A stretch of DNA of 64,000 nucleotides from contig CM000429.1 of the NCBI GenBank assembly GCA_000165345.1, forward strand, positions 256,001 to 320,000, read 5' to 3'. Both the position numbers and the translations under genes were made by a program. Positions 1-10,738 of the stretch are shown piece after piece (positions within the stretch are counted from its first letter, which is position 1; every line of letters begins with the position of its first letter). Below the pieces are notes generated by a model. It did no database searches. It was not told where the DNA came from and was given only the letters and a program-made list of their open reading frames with translations.

Positions 1-705
1 AATATCTTTACAAGCATTTAACAAATCTTCTTGCAAGGACTTGATTTGGGATGTATATGCAACTGAAACAAGCTTAGAGCTATTTTGTGAATCTTGTATT
101 GTCTTATGAAGATTTTGAACAGCTTCTTGTGTAGCATTTAGCTCCTCATTTAATGACTCAATTCTTTGTTCTTGTGATATGTTATTTAAACTTAGTTCTA
201 CAAATGATCGAAAAATGAGTCTATAAGCATCCTCAATATCTCCAGAAGATTCAAGCTTGGATACAAATTCATCTCCATCATCCAATATTTGAGTTTCTTC
301 TAATGCAATATTAATAAATTCTTCAAAAATGTAATCCTCAGGAGACTTTGATATTTTTGATGTAGAATCACTATTAACAACAGCTTTATTACTATCAATT
401 TTTGACTCAAACGGCCCTTTAAGTAAATTGCAATTTCGATTATACTCTTTTTGCATCTCTAGTTGATTTCTTTCAATTAGTAACTTCTTCAAGCTTTCAA
501 TTTCTGAGTTTTTCTCCTCAATCTCAAGCTTTGCAGCATGAAAAGCTGCTTCCCATACCTTTTTCTCACTAACTAAAACCTCAATTGCATTATCAAGTTC
601 TTCTTCATCTTCTTCTTGAGGAATATTTGCTTGATCTTTATTCGTTTGTAGTTGAGAAATGCTTTCTTCATCAAACAGATTTTTCTCCTGATCATAATCT
701 AGCAT
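1..705 (-). CDS. partial CDS (start codon in window, remainder runs off the window start): coiled-coil protein, N-terminal part
   Basis: The minus-strand frame is open from ATG (reverse complement of CAT at 703-705) to position 1 with no stop. Translation begins MLDYDQEKNLFDEESISQLQTNKDQANIPQEEDEEELDNAIEVLVSEKKVWEAAFHAAKLEIEEKNSEIESLKKLLIERNQLEMQKEY... and is E/K/L-rich and heptad-like. It is absent from the ORF track because no stop lies inside the window. Confidence 0.55.
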   Translation of the reverse strand, partial: MLDYDQEKNLFDEESISQLQTNKDQANIPQEEDEEELDNAIEVLVSEKKVWEAAFHAAKLEIEEKNSEIESLKKLLIERNQLEMQKEYNRNCNLLKGPFESKIDSNKAVVNSDSTSKISKSPEDYIFEEFINIALEETQILDDGDEFVSKLESSGDIEDAYRLIFRSFVELSLNNISQEQRIESLNEELNATQEAVQNLHKTIQDSQNSSKLVSVAYTSQIKSLQEDLLNACKDI

Positions 706-1676
706 TTCTATCTGCTTTTGGAGCAATAATCTACCTTTTATTCATGTTCTGAGAGTTTTTTGTTGATTAATATGGCCTTTTTACTTAACTGAATTTTGTT
801 TTTTAAATATATATTTATGGATTAAGTAATTCGGCGCGTAATTCCACTTGGTCATGAAATTATACATGGGGCGTTTAGATTAATATTAGAATAGTGATAA
901 TCATTAGAATTAAAAAAAAAAAAATAAAAAATAAAAAGTATTTTAATAAAGATACACAAATGCAAGTCTTACAACTAAATTTATTATTTCCTAAAAATAA
1001 TAGTATTTATTGAACTTAATTATCAAACTTGAAATGTGTTATTATCGTTGTAAAAATTTTCCTAGTAAATCATATATAATAATAAGAAGCTACAAATAAT
1101 AGTTAATTCTTAAATATGTATCTTATTTATTAATTAAAAAAAAAAAAAATAATATGAACATTTTTTTAAAAACTATTTAATCAATTGCATGCATTTTCTA
1201 TCCACATAAAAATGCATGCATTTACTCACGTGTATTATTCTGAAAAAAAATACATGCGTAAGTTTGTACATTAAAAAAATTTATATAAATATGGCTTAAA
1301 TAACTGATTAAATAACAATAATTCAGTAATTAATGTAAAAATAATTTTAATTAGATAAAATATAACTCAAACTTTTAAATATAATTTATTTAAAAAAAAT
1401 AAATAAATAATAGCGGCAAAACACACTATTAATAATATTACGTATGAAATCGTCAGTGTGGCTATAAAGGCAAAGAAAAATTATTAATATAAAGATTAAA
1501 AGAGAACTAGAGTAAAAAGAATATAATTATAAATAATAAATAGAATATATACATAAATTTATTTATTTATAAGTCGGCTTGTAATAAATTAGACAATATA
1601 TATCATATATTTATATATATGGAGTAAAGAAGTAGATTATCTAAAGGATAATCATTTTTTGGAAAATTCAGAAAGA

Positions 1677-2372
1677 ATGAACGATCTGGATGATTCAACT
1701 TTTAGATTCTATACGAGTCCAGAAGATAGAAATGAGTTGGTAAATTATAGGTCTTCTCTATCAAAATTTGACCATGACGAATTTATGCTTCAATCTACAG
1801 CAAGACAGTCTGGATATGTAGTCAATTCATATATACATGGAAGAGCAGCTTCAGAATATAGTTGCAGTAGTGGCAGTTTTCGTGATTTAAATTCAAGTGC
1901 GGAACAGACAACTTTTGAGAGGTCACTATCTCCAGTTAACCGTACATTAGACACTACTACATCTGAAGTTTCTACAATTCCTTCGGCAAGATCTATTGTT
2001 GAATGTAATAGGAGGGGTAGATCTCCAAGTCTATCATATACAGTAACTACTTTGCAAGCTCAAAGAGGCGCAAATCAAGCATTTAAAGGGTTAACAAATA
2101 CTAACAATAATATAGGCTGGAATAACAACCAATTAATAAGTTCAAATGATAGAAATCCACTATGCACTCTTACAATGAAAAGCATTGATTTAAATCCTCC
2201 ATGTTTAAGTGAAGATAATTTAAGCACTACCAGAGTAATTAATAATGGTATGCTAACTGGTTCTGTGAAAAATAAAAATTATACTGACAAAACTGCAAGA
2301 TCTTCTCTTTGCACATTCTTCGACTTTTGTAATTGTTTTGGTCCCAGGGTCAAAGATATCCATAATTTATAG
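1677..2372 (+). CDS. hypothetical Ser/Thr/Asn-rich low-complexity protein (231 aa)
   Basis: Track ORF 1659..2372 begins at TTG. The first in-frame ATG is at 1677 (MNDLDDSTFRFYTSPEDRNE...). Composition is S/T/N-rich and no domain is recognised. Confidence 0.6.
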   Translation: MNDLDDSTFRFYTSPEDRNELVNYRSSLSKFDHDEFMLQSTARQSGYVVNSYIHGRAASEYSCSSGSFRDLNSSAEQTTFERSLSPVNRTLDTTTSEVSTIPSARSIVECNRRGRSPSLSYTVTTLQAQRGANQAFKGLTNTNNNIGWNNNQLISSNDRNPLCTLTMKSIDLNPPCLSEDNLSTTRVINNGMLTGSVKNKNYTDKTARSSLCTFFDFCNCFGPRVKDIHNL

Positions 2373-2727
2373 TATAATCTACAAGAATAGATTTCATAAT
2401 TTTATCATGACTATCATTTTCTTTTTTTTCCTTTAAATTCATTTTCTAAAAGCTAAGTTTCATTTGCTATTTTTTATATATATAATATTTATTATTTTAT
2501 GCATGTAGAAAAATAATCTAGTATACAAAAAGAGTCAATCTAAGCTTACTTAAACTTCCTACGTGCTTATCTTTGATATTCAAAAGACTGTGGGATCTCT
2601 ATTTTTCAACTAATTTCGCTTGTAGTATACGTTTCTTAATTACTCTGGATTCCTATAAATCCTTCTTTATTATATTGTATTGACTATATCAAAAGTAATC
2701 TTCTATAGTAATAAATAAAATAACACT

Positions 2728-2737
2728 TTGGCGCCAA
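2728..2737. promoter_or_regulatory. E2F-like palindrome TTGGCGCCAA, 63 nt upstream of ATG 2800
   Basis: Exact TTGGCGCCAA. This is the motif class over-represented upstream of Cryptosporidium genes. Confidence 0.5.
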
Positions 2738-2799
2738 ATGTTTAAATTATAACTAGCTAAAAAAGTAAAAATATAAATGTCGGTAATAAAAAATTAATA

Positions 2800-3847
2800 A
2801 TGGAATACAAAAACAAAAAGTTTGTAGTATTTCCAGATACAAATACTGGCTTGGAAAGAAACTTAACTATAATTACTTTACCTCATCCTAGTGTTAGCAC
2901 ACTCTGCGAATATTTGTTTGACACAGTTAATAATGAGGTATATGAAATTTTTGAATTGTCAGAGAGATCTAGTGGGATAAAGCCATCTGCATTTTTTGGA
3001 AATGATTGTATTTCAAAATTAGAACTTTGTGGAGCAGTAAATGTCGACACTTTTTTCTTTTTAATTTCAGCTTTAGTTTTTGCCAGAAATAAAAAGTATG
3101 TAAATAAAGAACTTTCTCAAGTTGTTATATATTATATTAGTAATCTAAAGCTAGAATTGGAACAGAGTGATTTTGACTTATTTGATGAGGTTAAGGATGG
3201 CATTTTAGAACTGTTTCAGAAATTTCTTTTAGATACCAAATTAATTGAAAAGATTGAAAAAGTTTGTGATATTTCATTAGGTAAGTTATAATTTTAATAA
3301 TATTCTTCTTTTACTCATTTTTTTTATGTGTTTAGAAGGAAAAAATTCAACAAATAGTGAAAACCAACCTAAAAAATTCACTCTAAACGATGAAAAACTT
3401 TTAAATTATCTCTCTGAAAGAGTTATTAAAACTGCAAAAATTTCTACTGAAAGAGGTCTTATACTTAATGATTATTATAGCGAACAAGGAACAAATTCTC
3501 CACATACATCACTTTCCCAAGTTCCCGCCCAGGAAATTGCATGCGATATGTTATTTGCATGTATTCCAAAATCTCTGACAAATGTCGGAGAGAGACTAAA
3601 GAGAAGATTTGGAGAGTATAAGACAACAAATGACTCAGGAAACACTGATAAAAATAATGCTTCTTTAAATAAAAACCCAAAGAATCAATATATTGGAGTT
3701 AAAAGAGGTATTAATAAGAGAGCTCCTCCTATTATTACAAAGTCTACACCATCCAAAAGAGCGCCACCACACAAATCATTAAAACTAAATGTAAATAATG
3801 ACGTGTCAAATGGTAATATATTAGAATTCTTAAAAAAAAAAAAATAG
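2800..3847 (+). CDS. RNase H2 non-catalytic subunit B-like protein; two exons 2800..3280 + 3336..3847 (330 aa)
   Basis: Track ORFs 2800..3291 and 3326..3847 are joined by a 55-nt intron (GTAAGTTATA...TGTGTTTAG, 3281..3335). The splice restores the frame exactly (g|aa = GAA). The N-terminus aligns with RNASEH2B, and the C-terminus carries a PIP-box-like tail. The relevant stretches are FVVFPD...LTIITLPHPSVSTLCEYLF...VNVDTFFFLISAL...ELSQVV and NGNILEFLKKK. Confidence 0.5.
3281..3335 (+). other. spliceosomal intron (55 nt) in RNase H2B-like gene
   Basis: GTAAGTTATA...TTTTTTTATGTGTTTAG. It joins two track ORFs in frame. Confidence 0.65.
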
Positions 3848-3906
3848 AATAAATATTTGAATTAAAATAAAATATTATATTAACTTATGAATTAAAAATA
3901 AAACTG

Positions 3907-5670
3907 TTATAAATGCTGATTGTCAAACATTTCTATTAAATTTGGTAAAGGCTTCTCGAGTTCTTTCTCTAAATAATCAATAATGTTTTCTCTGACTCCT
4001 ACTACAGTAATGGGTGTCGTAATTTCGCAAATTCGACTGTAACATTTTGCAATATTTGTCAAGCCTAAGCTTTCATCTAATCCTTTTTCGGGATTAGTTA
4101 CTACTTCAATATTTGATACTGGTATACTCTTTACGTGCCTATTTTTCAATCTTATATATCTTCCCCATTTATTTTTTTCAAAAATTTGAGAGTCATTTTC
4201 ATTCTGTTTATTATTTGGTTCCAAATTTACTTTAGCTTGATACTTTTTACTTTCATTCCTGAGATCTTCTTCCCATTTATATGGCGGTATATATTTTTTT
4301 TTTGGCTTTTCTTGGACTTTCTCAATATTATTACTAATATTTGGTTCTTTTTTATTTTGTTTTAGTTTCTGTCTAATTTCTCTATCATAGATTGGTCCTT
4401 GTTCACGATTCTCCCAGTCGTATTTGATTCGGCTTTTGGAATTGTTTTTCAACGTACTTGTGCTTTTTGTTGAATCCTTCATTTCATCATCAATTAATTC
4501 AGCACTATCAAATTTATCTGTAATTGGAATCAAATTTGAATAGACCTTACTAGAATCAAAATTAAAAACTATATTCATTGAATCGTTCCATACTTCTTTA
4601 AATATTCTGTTAATTACCTTTGTTCTCTCCTTTTGTATTCTTTCATTATCCAAATTGTTCTCAGCCTCCTCTCTACCAAAAAATACCATTTCTGATTTAT
4701 TTGTACTCTCAATTTCTTTTACTTCCTCTTTACTTTCCTTCTTTATTTTTGAATAATATTCCTTAGGTACTCCCTTTTTTATAAATTTCTCAATATTTGG
4801 TTGAAATGTACATTCTTGGAGAGATTTAAAATATGATTCCACCTTTTCATCCTTGTCATTATTATCCAATAATAAATACTTCTTTATCATTTGCATACAC
4901 TCATCATTCTTTGTAATGGAGTTAATTCCCAACTCATTTCTATACTTTTCAAAAAGTGTCTTACGTAAATTTGGTTGAAAAGTACACTCTGGATCAATTT
5001 CTGTTTTATATATTCCATCTCCTCCATTGTTACTTCTTTCGTTAATCAATTGCCTCCTTTTAAGGTATTCATTAATAGCTTTCTCCATTTGGGGTCCTAC
5101 TTGACTTTTTGTTAATTTTATTAATTTATTTCTTTCCTTATTTTTTTTATCCAAATTATCATTCTTGTCTTCTCCTTTACAATCTTTTGGAATTCCTTTC
5201 TTATCAAATCTTATTGGTATTGGAAACTTTTTACCATTTGGTAGTTTTAAATAAGATTGCATACTTTCAAGAAATGAATCTCTTGTCACAAATAAATGCA
5301 TTTCCTCATCAAAGTCTACCATAATAGGAGTAGTATTATACTTCATCTTAACTAAGTACTCTGTCTTTTCAATATTATCTGGAATTTCATCATCTTCCAA
5401 CTTATATGAATGTTTTATTACATATGGAACAAAATACTGAATTGCCAATATTTGATGTTTTGTCATCTTTTTTTGATTCTCTATTGATGTTGGTTGAAAA
5501 TTCATTAAATCATATACTTCAGATCCATTTGCAATTAAATCATACAATTCTAAAATTGATCTCTTTCTTAGATTCTCTGCAATTTGTCTGCTATTTTCAT
5601 TAATCTCCGGTTGGAAACTGGGAGTGGATTTTTGTTCCATCTCATCATCTTTCAAATTATTATCTTCCAT
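3907..5670 (-). CDS. hypothetical protein (587 aa) with a duplicated internal E-C-T-F-Q-P-N motif
   Basis: Long ORF with a true ATG at 5670..5668. It is K/E-rich. The two motif copies, IDPECTFQPNLRKTLFEKY and LQECTFQPNIEKFIKKGVPKEY, lie about 60 aa apart. No confident family assignment. Confidence 0.7.
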   Translation of the reverse strand: MEDNNLKDDEMEQKSTPSFQPEINENSRQIAENLRKRSILELYDLIANGSEVYDLMNFQPTSIENQKKMTKHQILAIQYFVPYVIKHSYKLEDDEIPDNIEKTEYLVKMKYNTTPIMVDFDEEMHLFVTRDSFLESMQSYLKLPNGKKFPIPIRFDKKGIPKDCKGEDKNDNLDKKNKERNKLIKLTKSQVGPQMEKAINEYLKRRQLINERSNNGGDGIYKTEIDPECTFQPNLRKTLFEKYRNELGINSITKNDECMQMIKKYLLLDNNDKDEKVESYFKSLQECTFQPNIEKFIKKGVPKEYYSKIKKESKEEVKEIESTNKSEMVFFGREEAENNLDNERIQKERTKVINRIFKEVWNDSMNIVFNFDSSKVYSNLIPITDKFDSAELIDDEMKDSTKSTSTLKNNSKSRIKYDWENREQGPIYDREIRQKLKQNKKEPNISNNIEKVQEKPKKKYIPPYKWEEDLRNESKKYQAKVNLEPNNKQNENDSQIFEKNKWGRYIRLKNRHVKSIPVSNIEVVTNPEKGLDESLGLTNIAKCYSRICEITTPITVVGVRENIIDYLEKELEKPLPNLIEMFDNQHL

Positions 5671-5779
5671 TTTGCTTAATTTATCTGGCTCTACTCCTCG
5701 CCTTCTTTCTACAGAACTTATATTTTAATATTCTTATTCTTACTAAAATAGCTATTTCTATTATACATACAGCTGAATT

Positions 5780-5797
5780 TGCATGCAAATTGGCGGT
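5780..5797. promoter_or_regulatory. composite TGCATGCA + E2F-like AATTGGCGG element, 110 nt upstream of minus-strand ATG 5670
   Basis: TGCATGCAAATTGGCGG. Confidence 0.45.
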
Positions 5798-6332
5798 CTT
5801 TTTTTTTTTTTTTAAATTTATTATTAGAGAATTGAAGTATTTAATATTGTGGATTTAATTCCATTTTTTTGATTAAAATACAAGCAAAATTATTTAAAGA
5901 TGAGAATAATGAAAATAGCCTACTAATTCATTTTTATTCTCTTTTATTATTGTTACTTTCAAAGTTTTATTTAAATTTACCACATATTCATCATTTTCCC
6001 TATTCCATTTTCACACTCTTTAGACATGTAACATAACACGTGCCCACACATGTCTATATATGATTAATTAAATTTTTCGATACCATCAATTTTACATTTT
6101 CGAAGTATTTTCTGCCTTAAATATACATATATTTTAATGGAATATTATCTTAATATAATTATTTATTAAAATAATTATCTCTATTAGCATACCTTCTTAC
6201 TTAAAAAAAAAATTTCTTAATAAACCAAAAATCATAATTATTCTTTTCATTTCTGTCTTTTTTTATTTAATTATTTTATAAGGATTTTTAATAAAATAAT
6301 TAAATATTTTTTTCCACATTAATTCATAATGT

Positions 6333-6393
6333 TGCATGCATTTAAAAATGCATGCAACTCCCCACACTTGACTATTGATTATTTTGGCGGGCA
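6333..6393. promoter_or_regulatory. two TGCATGCA palindromes (6333-6340, 6349-6356) followed by E2F-type TTTGGCGGGCA (6384-6393)
   Basis: GTTGCATGCATTTAAAAATGCATGCAACTC...ATTTTGGCGGGCACGCG lies inside a 1.4-kb ORF-free interval. Confidence 0.45.
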
Positions 6394-7067
6394 CGCGATA
6401 TAATAGGCAATAATAACAAATAAATAACAGAAAGAAAAAAAAACATCTAAGCTATGATTGAGAATTAGTTACTAGCCCTAAATTTTCTCTATAATAGATC
6501 TATTTATACCATTTAATGTAATTATTAAATAAAATTATTACTTGCAGGCTTCTCTTGCATTTATATAGATTCTAGTCTATTTTCCATTAGTAGTGACTCA
6601 TTAAATCTGTATCTTATTCATTACATTTATACTATTTTAAGAAGTACAAATCCACAACAAATTCAGATTAGAACCAAAAAAAAATATAGGAAATATATGG
6701 GACCTCCTTTCTTCAGAATGGCCATATTAAAATGTGCCATCCAGAATAACATGCTGAACCCCAAACTTGAGATTAAAAAAAACACACACACAAAACTTAA
6801 ACAAAAAGTTATTATACAAAACAATACAATACATTAATACAAATAAAAACTAATTTATTTAGTGGGGGAGGTTGCATAAATAACAATAATATAGTATAAA
6901 TTTAAAACCATAATATATATTTAATATTTATTTACTTAAATGGGCGGGAACTCTAATTAATTTACATGATGGATATTCCTCTTATTTCAATGAAAATTGT
7001 TTAAGAATACGAATAATTAAATGAACTTTCTCTTTTAATATATGGGACTGAGAAATAATTAAAGAAG

Positions 7068-7505
7068 ATGACATTTTCAATTATTCCTTTTCCAAAAATA
7101 ATAAGCTTTATGCTCCAGTACCTTTATCCATTAGTAGGAACTGCAAATGTAACGTTTGATTTTGGTAAAAAAGATATCCCAGTTTTTGAGCTGACTAATC
7201 TCTTATTCTATTGGATTATTTGTGGGGTAATCTTTATGATTGAGAGCATTGTTGGAATAGTTACTAAAATACCATTCTATTACGATTTGAAAATTATGGT
7301 ACTCCTGTGGCTCATCCTTCCTGTGTTCTCTGGATCTGGGTATATCTATTATATGTATATCCATGAATTGATTAACAATGGCTTAGAAAGTCACTTTTCT
7401 AAAGTTTCCCATAAATTAAAAGCTTTTAAATCTAGTTTGTTGGAATTCTCCAATAGTCCTAAGGCTAGAAAGTCTTACAAAAATAGAAAATACTTCAAAA
7501 GATGA
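7068..7505 (+). CDS. HVA22/TB2/DP1 family protein (REEP/Yop1-like ER-shaping reticulon-like protein)
   Basis: 145 aa with two hydrophobic hairpins and the family core FYWIICGVIFMIESIVGIVTKIPFYYDLKIMVLLWLILP...GSGYIY. Confidence 0.8.
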   Translation: MTFSIIPFPKIISFMLQYLYPLVGTANVTFDFGKKDIPVFELTNLLFYWIICGVIFMIESIVGIVTKIPFYYDLKIMVLLWLILPVFSGSGYIYYMYIHELINNGLESHFSKVSHKLKAFKSSLLEFSNSPKARKSYKNRKYFKR

Positions 7506-7518
7506 TACATCGGAAATC

Positions 7519-10500
7519 TTAAAGGCTTCTGTTAATTATAGATGAGGATACCCACCTGAGTTTAAGTTTTAGAGATGGGTCATTAAAATTTAGTACAAAT
7601 TCTAACGATAAGTTTTTAAAGTCTTTCAACAGTTGAGTTATATACTCTTCTTGAGTTGATTCAAGTTCTGATCTAGGAGTAACTTCTGTTCCAGTTAGAA
7701 CTGATCCAAATCTCAGAAAAATCTCAACTGTTGAATCCTCCATAAACTTTTGAATCTTTTCGTCCACTTGTCTATAGCTACATGTCTTTGAGCCAGTTTT
7801 GAATATATAAATTAAAGCTAAAACACACTTTTTCAAACCATTATTGCTTAATTCACCTGATTGATGTTCCCTATCATTCATCTCTGATTCTTTTGAATCT
7901 TCTGGTACTGGATCTTCAGAGACTGACTCTCGAGCCTTCATTCCCTCAAGAATCTCAAGAATAAGCTCAAATAAATCTAAAAATATCTGGTACCTACTCA
8001 TATTTAAAGAAATATCCAAACATACTGGAGACTGGATACAAGTTAAAATACATGCCAAGCTAATAGATGCTAGACCAGGATTTATTATTCCTTCTCCTAT
8101 GGCAACTGTTATCAAATTCTTAAGCTTTTGAAAGTTGAATCCCAAACAAATACCAGAATTCTCGTCTAAAAGTCCTCCCCAAATTGTCAAAATAATAGAC
8201 AAAAGTCTAATTTCCGTCTTGATATTGGGATTATTAATTATGTTGAAGTTTTTTTCAATAGATGAACTATCATCATCATTGGAAATGAGCTGTTCAACCG
8301 AGCTCCTAAACAAGTCATAATTTAATATACCATTTGATATTTGGCTGACTTGGTCTGAAAAGTAGTGTTGACCAAAATCTATGGTTGTAATATTGAAATC
8401 ACTTTCACTTGATTCTGTAAGATTATTCTTCTCGTCTTCATACCATTCCAAAATGGATGTTTTATAATTAGCGAAAAGACGCCTAATATGGCTCGGACTC
8501 TTGCTTCCCTGATCTACAATGGATATGAATAACAGGTCAAATAAGCTATCTTTTGTCCAAGTAAACTGGTCTTGTGGATGAGTGCTATTCATTCGTCTTT
8601 TTTTTGAACTTTTAAATGTATCTTTAAGAGAACTTTTATCTTGATCTTCATGATTATGGCTGATATCTTCGTCTTTTGACTCTTCTTTGTGGAATTGTCT
8701 TTCCTCATACCGTTTCGATACCTGCAGATCTTCATCAAGATCATCTTTATTTTCCTCCTGATCATTTAGTTTACCAAGCTTAGATTTAAGAAAATGCTTG
8801 ATTTGGCTATTCTTTTCCGTAATTTCATCCTTTGTAGTGAATTTAAAGACCAAAATCTCCTTTAGATAGTTGAGTTCTTTAAGCTTGAGGAAATTTGTGG
8901 GCAAGATAACTTTGGATGATTCTTTTCTTAGAAATGGGAACTTGTTAATTCTGAGACTTAAATTTTCATTTGGAATAGATAAAAGCATTTGAGGGAGCAT
9001 TATCCTAGACATTCCTGTTAGTATAGAATCCAAAAGACCGTTTAGAAACTGATCATGGATTTCAGTCTTGAATAGAAACTCGGTTTTATTGTTATTCCAG
9101 AAGGATTCTTTCAAAAAAGCACTTTGAAAAATGTCATTACTGGACAAAACACATATAATGTGTTTCTTAAGCCTAAATAACATTCCCATAGAAAAAGTTC
9201 TAATATGGGGGAATATCAGATGGTTAATCATCTCTCCAATCATAGGATTATTGGAATCTTCAATTGTACAATTTTGTTTTTGGGATTCATTTCCTGGTTC
9301 AAGTTCAGAATCAACCATTTCTCGAGATCTTGGAGAGTTCTCATTAATTAAATCCTTACAAGGCTGCATATTAAGTATAAATATGGGGGTCCAAATGGTA
9401 ACAAAAAATGAGCTTTGAAGCTTAACCAAGTTAATTACAAGACTATTAATAAAACTGATATGACATACATAGAAAGGATTAAGTAAATAGTTCCAAATTG
9501 TAATGGATAAACATAAATCATAAGAAGAAGAAGTGACCGGTAACTTTAATAATTGTCTTGCCGTCTCATAAGGTGATTGTACAAAGATTTCGTTAATACT
9601 GTCCATAGTTCTAAGGAGTATAAATTCTCCGATCTCTAATGTGTTGATTGAAGGAAATCTGACTAATTGCTTTGATAAATATTCATTGATTTCTCCAAGT
9701 TCTAGATTACTTAAAGCTTCTTCAAAGTTAAAGTCTTTTGGAGGGGAAAGGATTTCAGAAAGATAGTCAGAAATAGAGGATGATCTATAGAATCTTAATA
9801 TGGTCATAATTCTTGGAGATTGTTGTTCTCTCCAGCGAAGAAAACTATTCCAGTATTTGATGAAAGGATTCTCAAGAGATTGAATTTCTTTTAAATCTTT
9901 TCCAACAAGATTTAACAATACCTTTTGTGTCTCATTACAATATTCAACTATATATGTATCGTAGAACAATGTAACATCTTTAAGAATCTCATGATAAAGA
10001 GCTTGATTCTGGTTTTCTGATTCTGAATTCCTCATTTCTTCTCTAATTAAAGGTAAAGCATATGCAATTAAAGTAAATAGTATGAAAGAATGATGATCGG
10101 AAACAAGATACTTTTGGGAAGAATTAGATCTTGATTTTTTCAGAGACAAAGATGTATTGAGAATAACTCTATATATAGAGACAAGCTGGCTCAAGTCAAT
10201 TATGTAGAAATTGGCCATTTCAGTGAAGAAATTTAAAATGAGTTGACAAGAGTAGTAGTTTGACTTACTGAGGTCAGAAGTAAACCTCTTAATTGAGAGC
10301 TCAAGAATCCTAGTAGTTAAGTTTGAGTGAGTTGATAATGGAGAGTCATTAGTTAAAGATGTTGAGAATAGAGCAGTAACTCCTGCAAAAATACCAGTTT
10401 TAAAAGGCTGTGTAGCAATAAACTCCACAAGAATACGAGTAATAGACTCATATACTAAGTCTGCCTCAACTTGAGACAACCCCTGAAATAAGCTGAGAAA

Positions 10501-10686
10501 CTCTTTAACTATCTGGATCATTCTTTCTCCAACTCCCTCATAAGACTCAGTATTTTTGATTAATATACTTTTGATCTTGTCTTCAACAGAATTGCCGGAT
10601 GAATTTCCTTTATAGGACTGCCTCCTTGCATATTGGTCCAGACCAGTTATCTCCTTTGATTCGTGTCTATTTTGTGCTTCAAACAT
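7519..10686 (-). CDS. large alpha-helical protein, probably nuclear cap-binding protein subunit 1 (CBP80, MIF4G) homologue (1055 aa)
   Basis: Track ORF begins at GTG (10698). The first ATG is at 10686 (MFEAQNRHESKEI...). The N-terminal 250 aa align with the CBP80 MIF4G region. Aligned segments include ITRILVEFIATQPFKTGIFAGVTALF and SNYYSCQLILNFFTEMANFYIIDL against human NYNEAVYLVRFLSDLVNCHVI. There is a charged lineage-specific insertion at about 8560-8790. Confidence 0.4.
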   Translation of the reverse strand: MFEAQNRHESKEITGLDQYARRQSYKGNSSGNSVEDKIKSILIKNTESYEGVGERMIQIVKEFLSLFQGLSQVEADLVYESITRILVEFIATQPFKTGIFAGVTALFSTSLTNDSPLSTHSNLTTRILELSIKRFTSDLSKSNYYSCQLILNFFTEMANFYIIDLSQLVSIYRVILNTSLSLKKSRSNSSQKYLVSDHHSFILFTLIAYALPLIREEMRNSESENQNQALYHEILKDVTLFYDTYIVEYCNETQKVLLNLVGKDLKEIQSLENPFIKYWNSFLRWREQQSPRIMTILRFYRSSSISDYLSEILSPPKDFNFEEALSNLELGEINEYLSKQLVRFPSINTLEIGEFILLRTMDSINEIFVQSPYETARQLLKLPVTSSSYDLCLSITIWNYLLNPFYVCHISFINSLVINLVKLQSSFFVTIWTPIFILNMQPCKDLINENSPRSREMVDSELEPGNESQKQNCTIEDSNNPMIGEMINHLIFPHIRTFSMGMLFRLKKHIICVLSSNDIFQSAFLKESFWNNNKTEFLFKTEIHDQFLNGLLDSILTGMSRIMLPQMLLSIPNENLSLRINKFPFLRKESSKVILPTNFLKLKELNYLKEILVFKFTTKDEITEKNSQIKHFLKSKLGKLNDQEENKDDLDEDLQVSKRYEERQFHKEESKDEDISHNHEDQDKSSLKDTFKSSKKRRMNSTHPQDQFTWTKDSLFDLLFISIVDQGSKSPSHIRRLFANYKTSILEWYEDEKNNLTESSESDFNITTIDFGQHYFSDQVSQISNGILNYDLFRSSVEQLISNDDDSSSIEKNFNIINNPNIKTEIRLLSIILTIWGGLLDENSGICLGFNFQKLKNLITVAIGEGIINPGLASISLACILTCIQSPVCLDISLNMSRYQIFLDLFELILEILEGMKARESVSEDPVPEDSKESEMNDREHQSGELSNNGLKKCVLALIYIFKTGSKTCSYRQVDEKIQKFMEDSTVEIFLRFGSVLTGTEVTPRSELESTQEEYITQLLKDFKNLSLEFVLNFNDPSLKLKLRWVSSSIINRSL

Positions 10687-10738
10687 CTTTGTGAACACGA
10701 TTTTATTTTAACTTCCAATTCAGATGCCATTTGAAACA

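Noticed and set aside
3465-3680. Short antisense and overlapping ORFs inside long genes. Track entries include 3465-3680, 4135-4365, 5109-5324, 5406-5603, 8135-8320, 9131-9418, 14168-14602, 16534-16734, 23195-23431, 24657-24899, 26031-26264, 29387-29590, 30861-31100, 33687-34060, 34727-34939, 37103-38758, 40085-40510, 45443-52246 and 52956-53203.
   Set aside because: They are shadow ORFs on the opposite strand or alternate frame of much longer ORFs with recognisable homology. AT-rich DNA produces many such frames, and none has its own promoter motifs.
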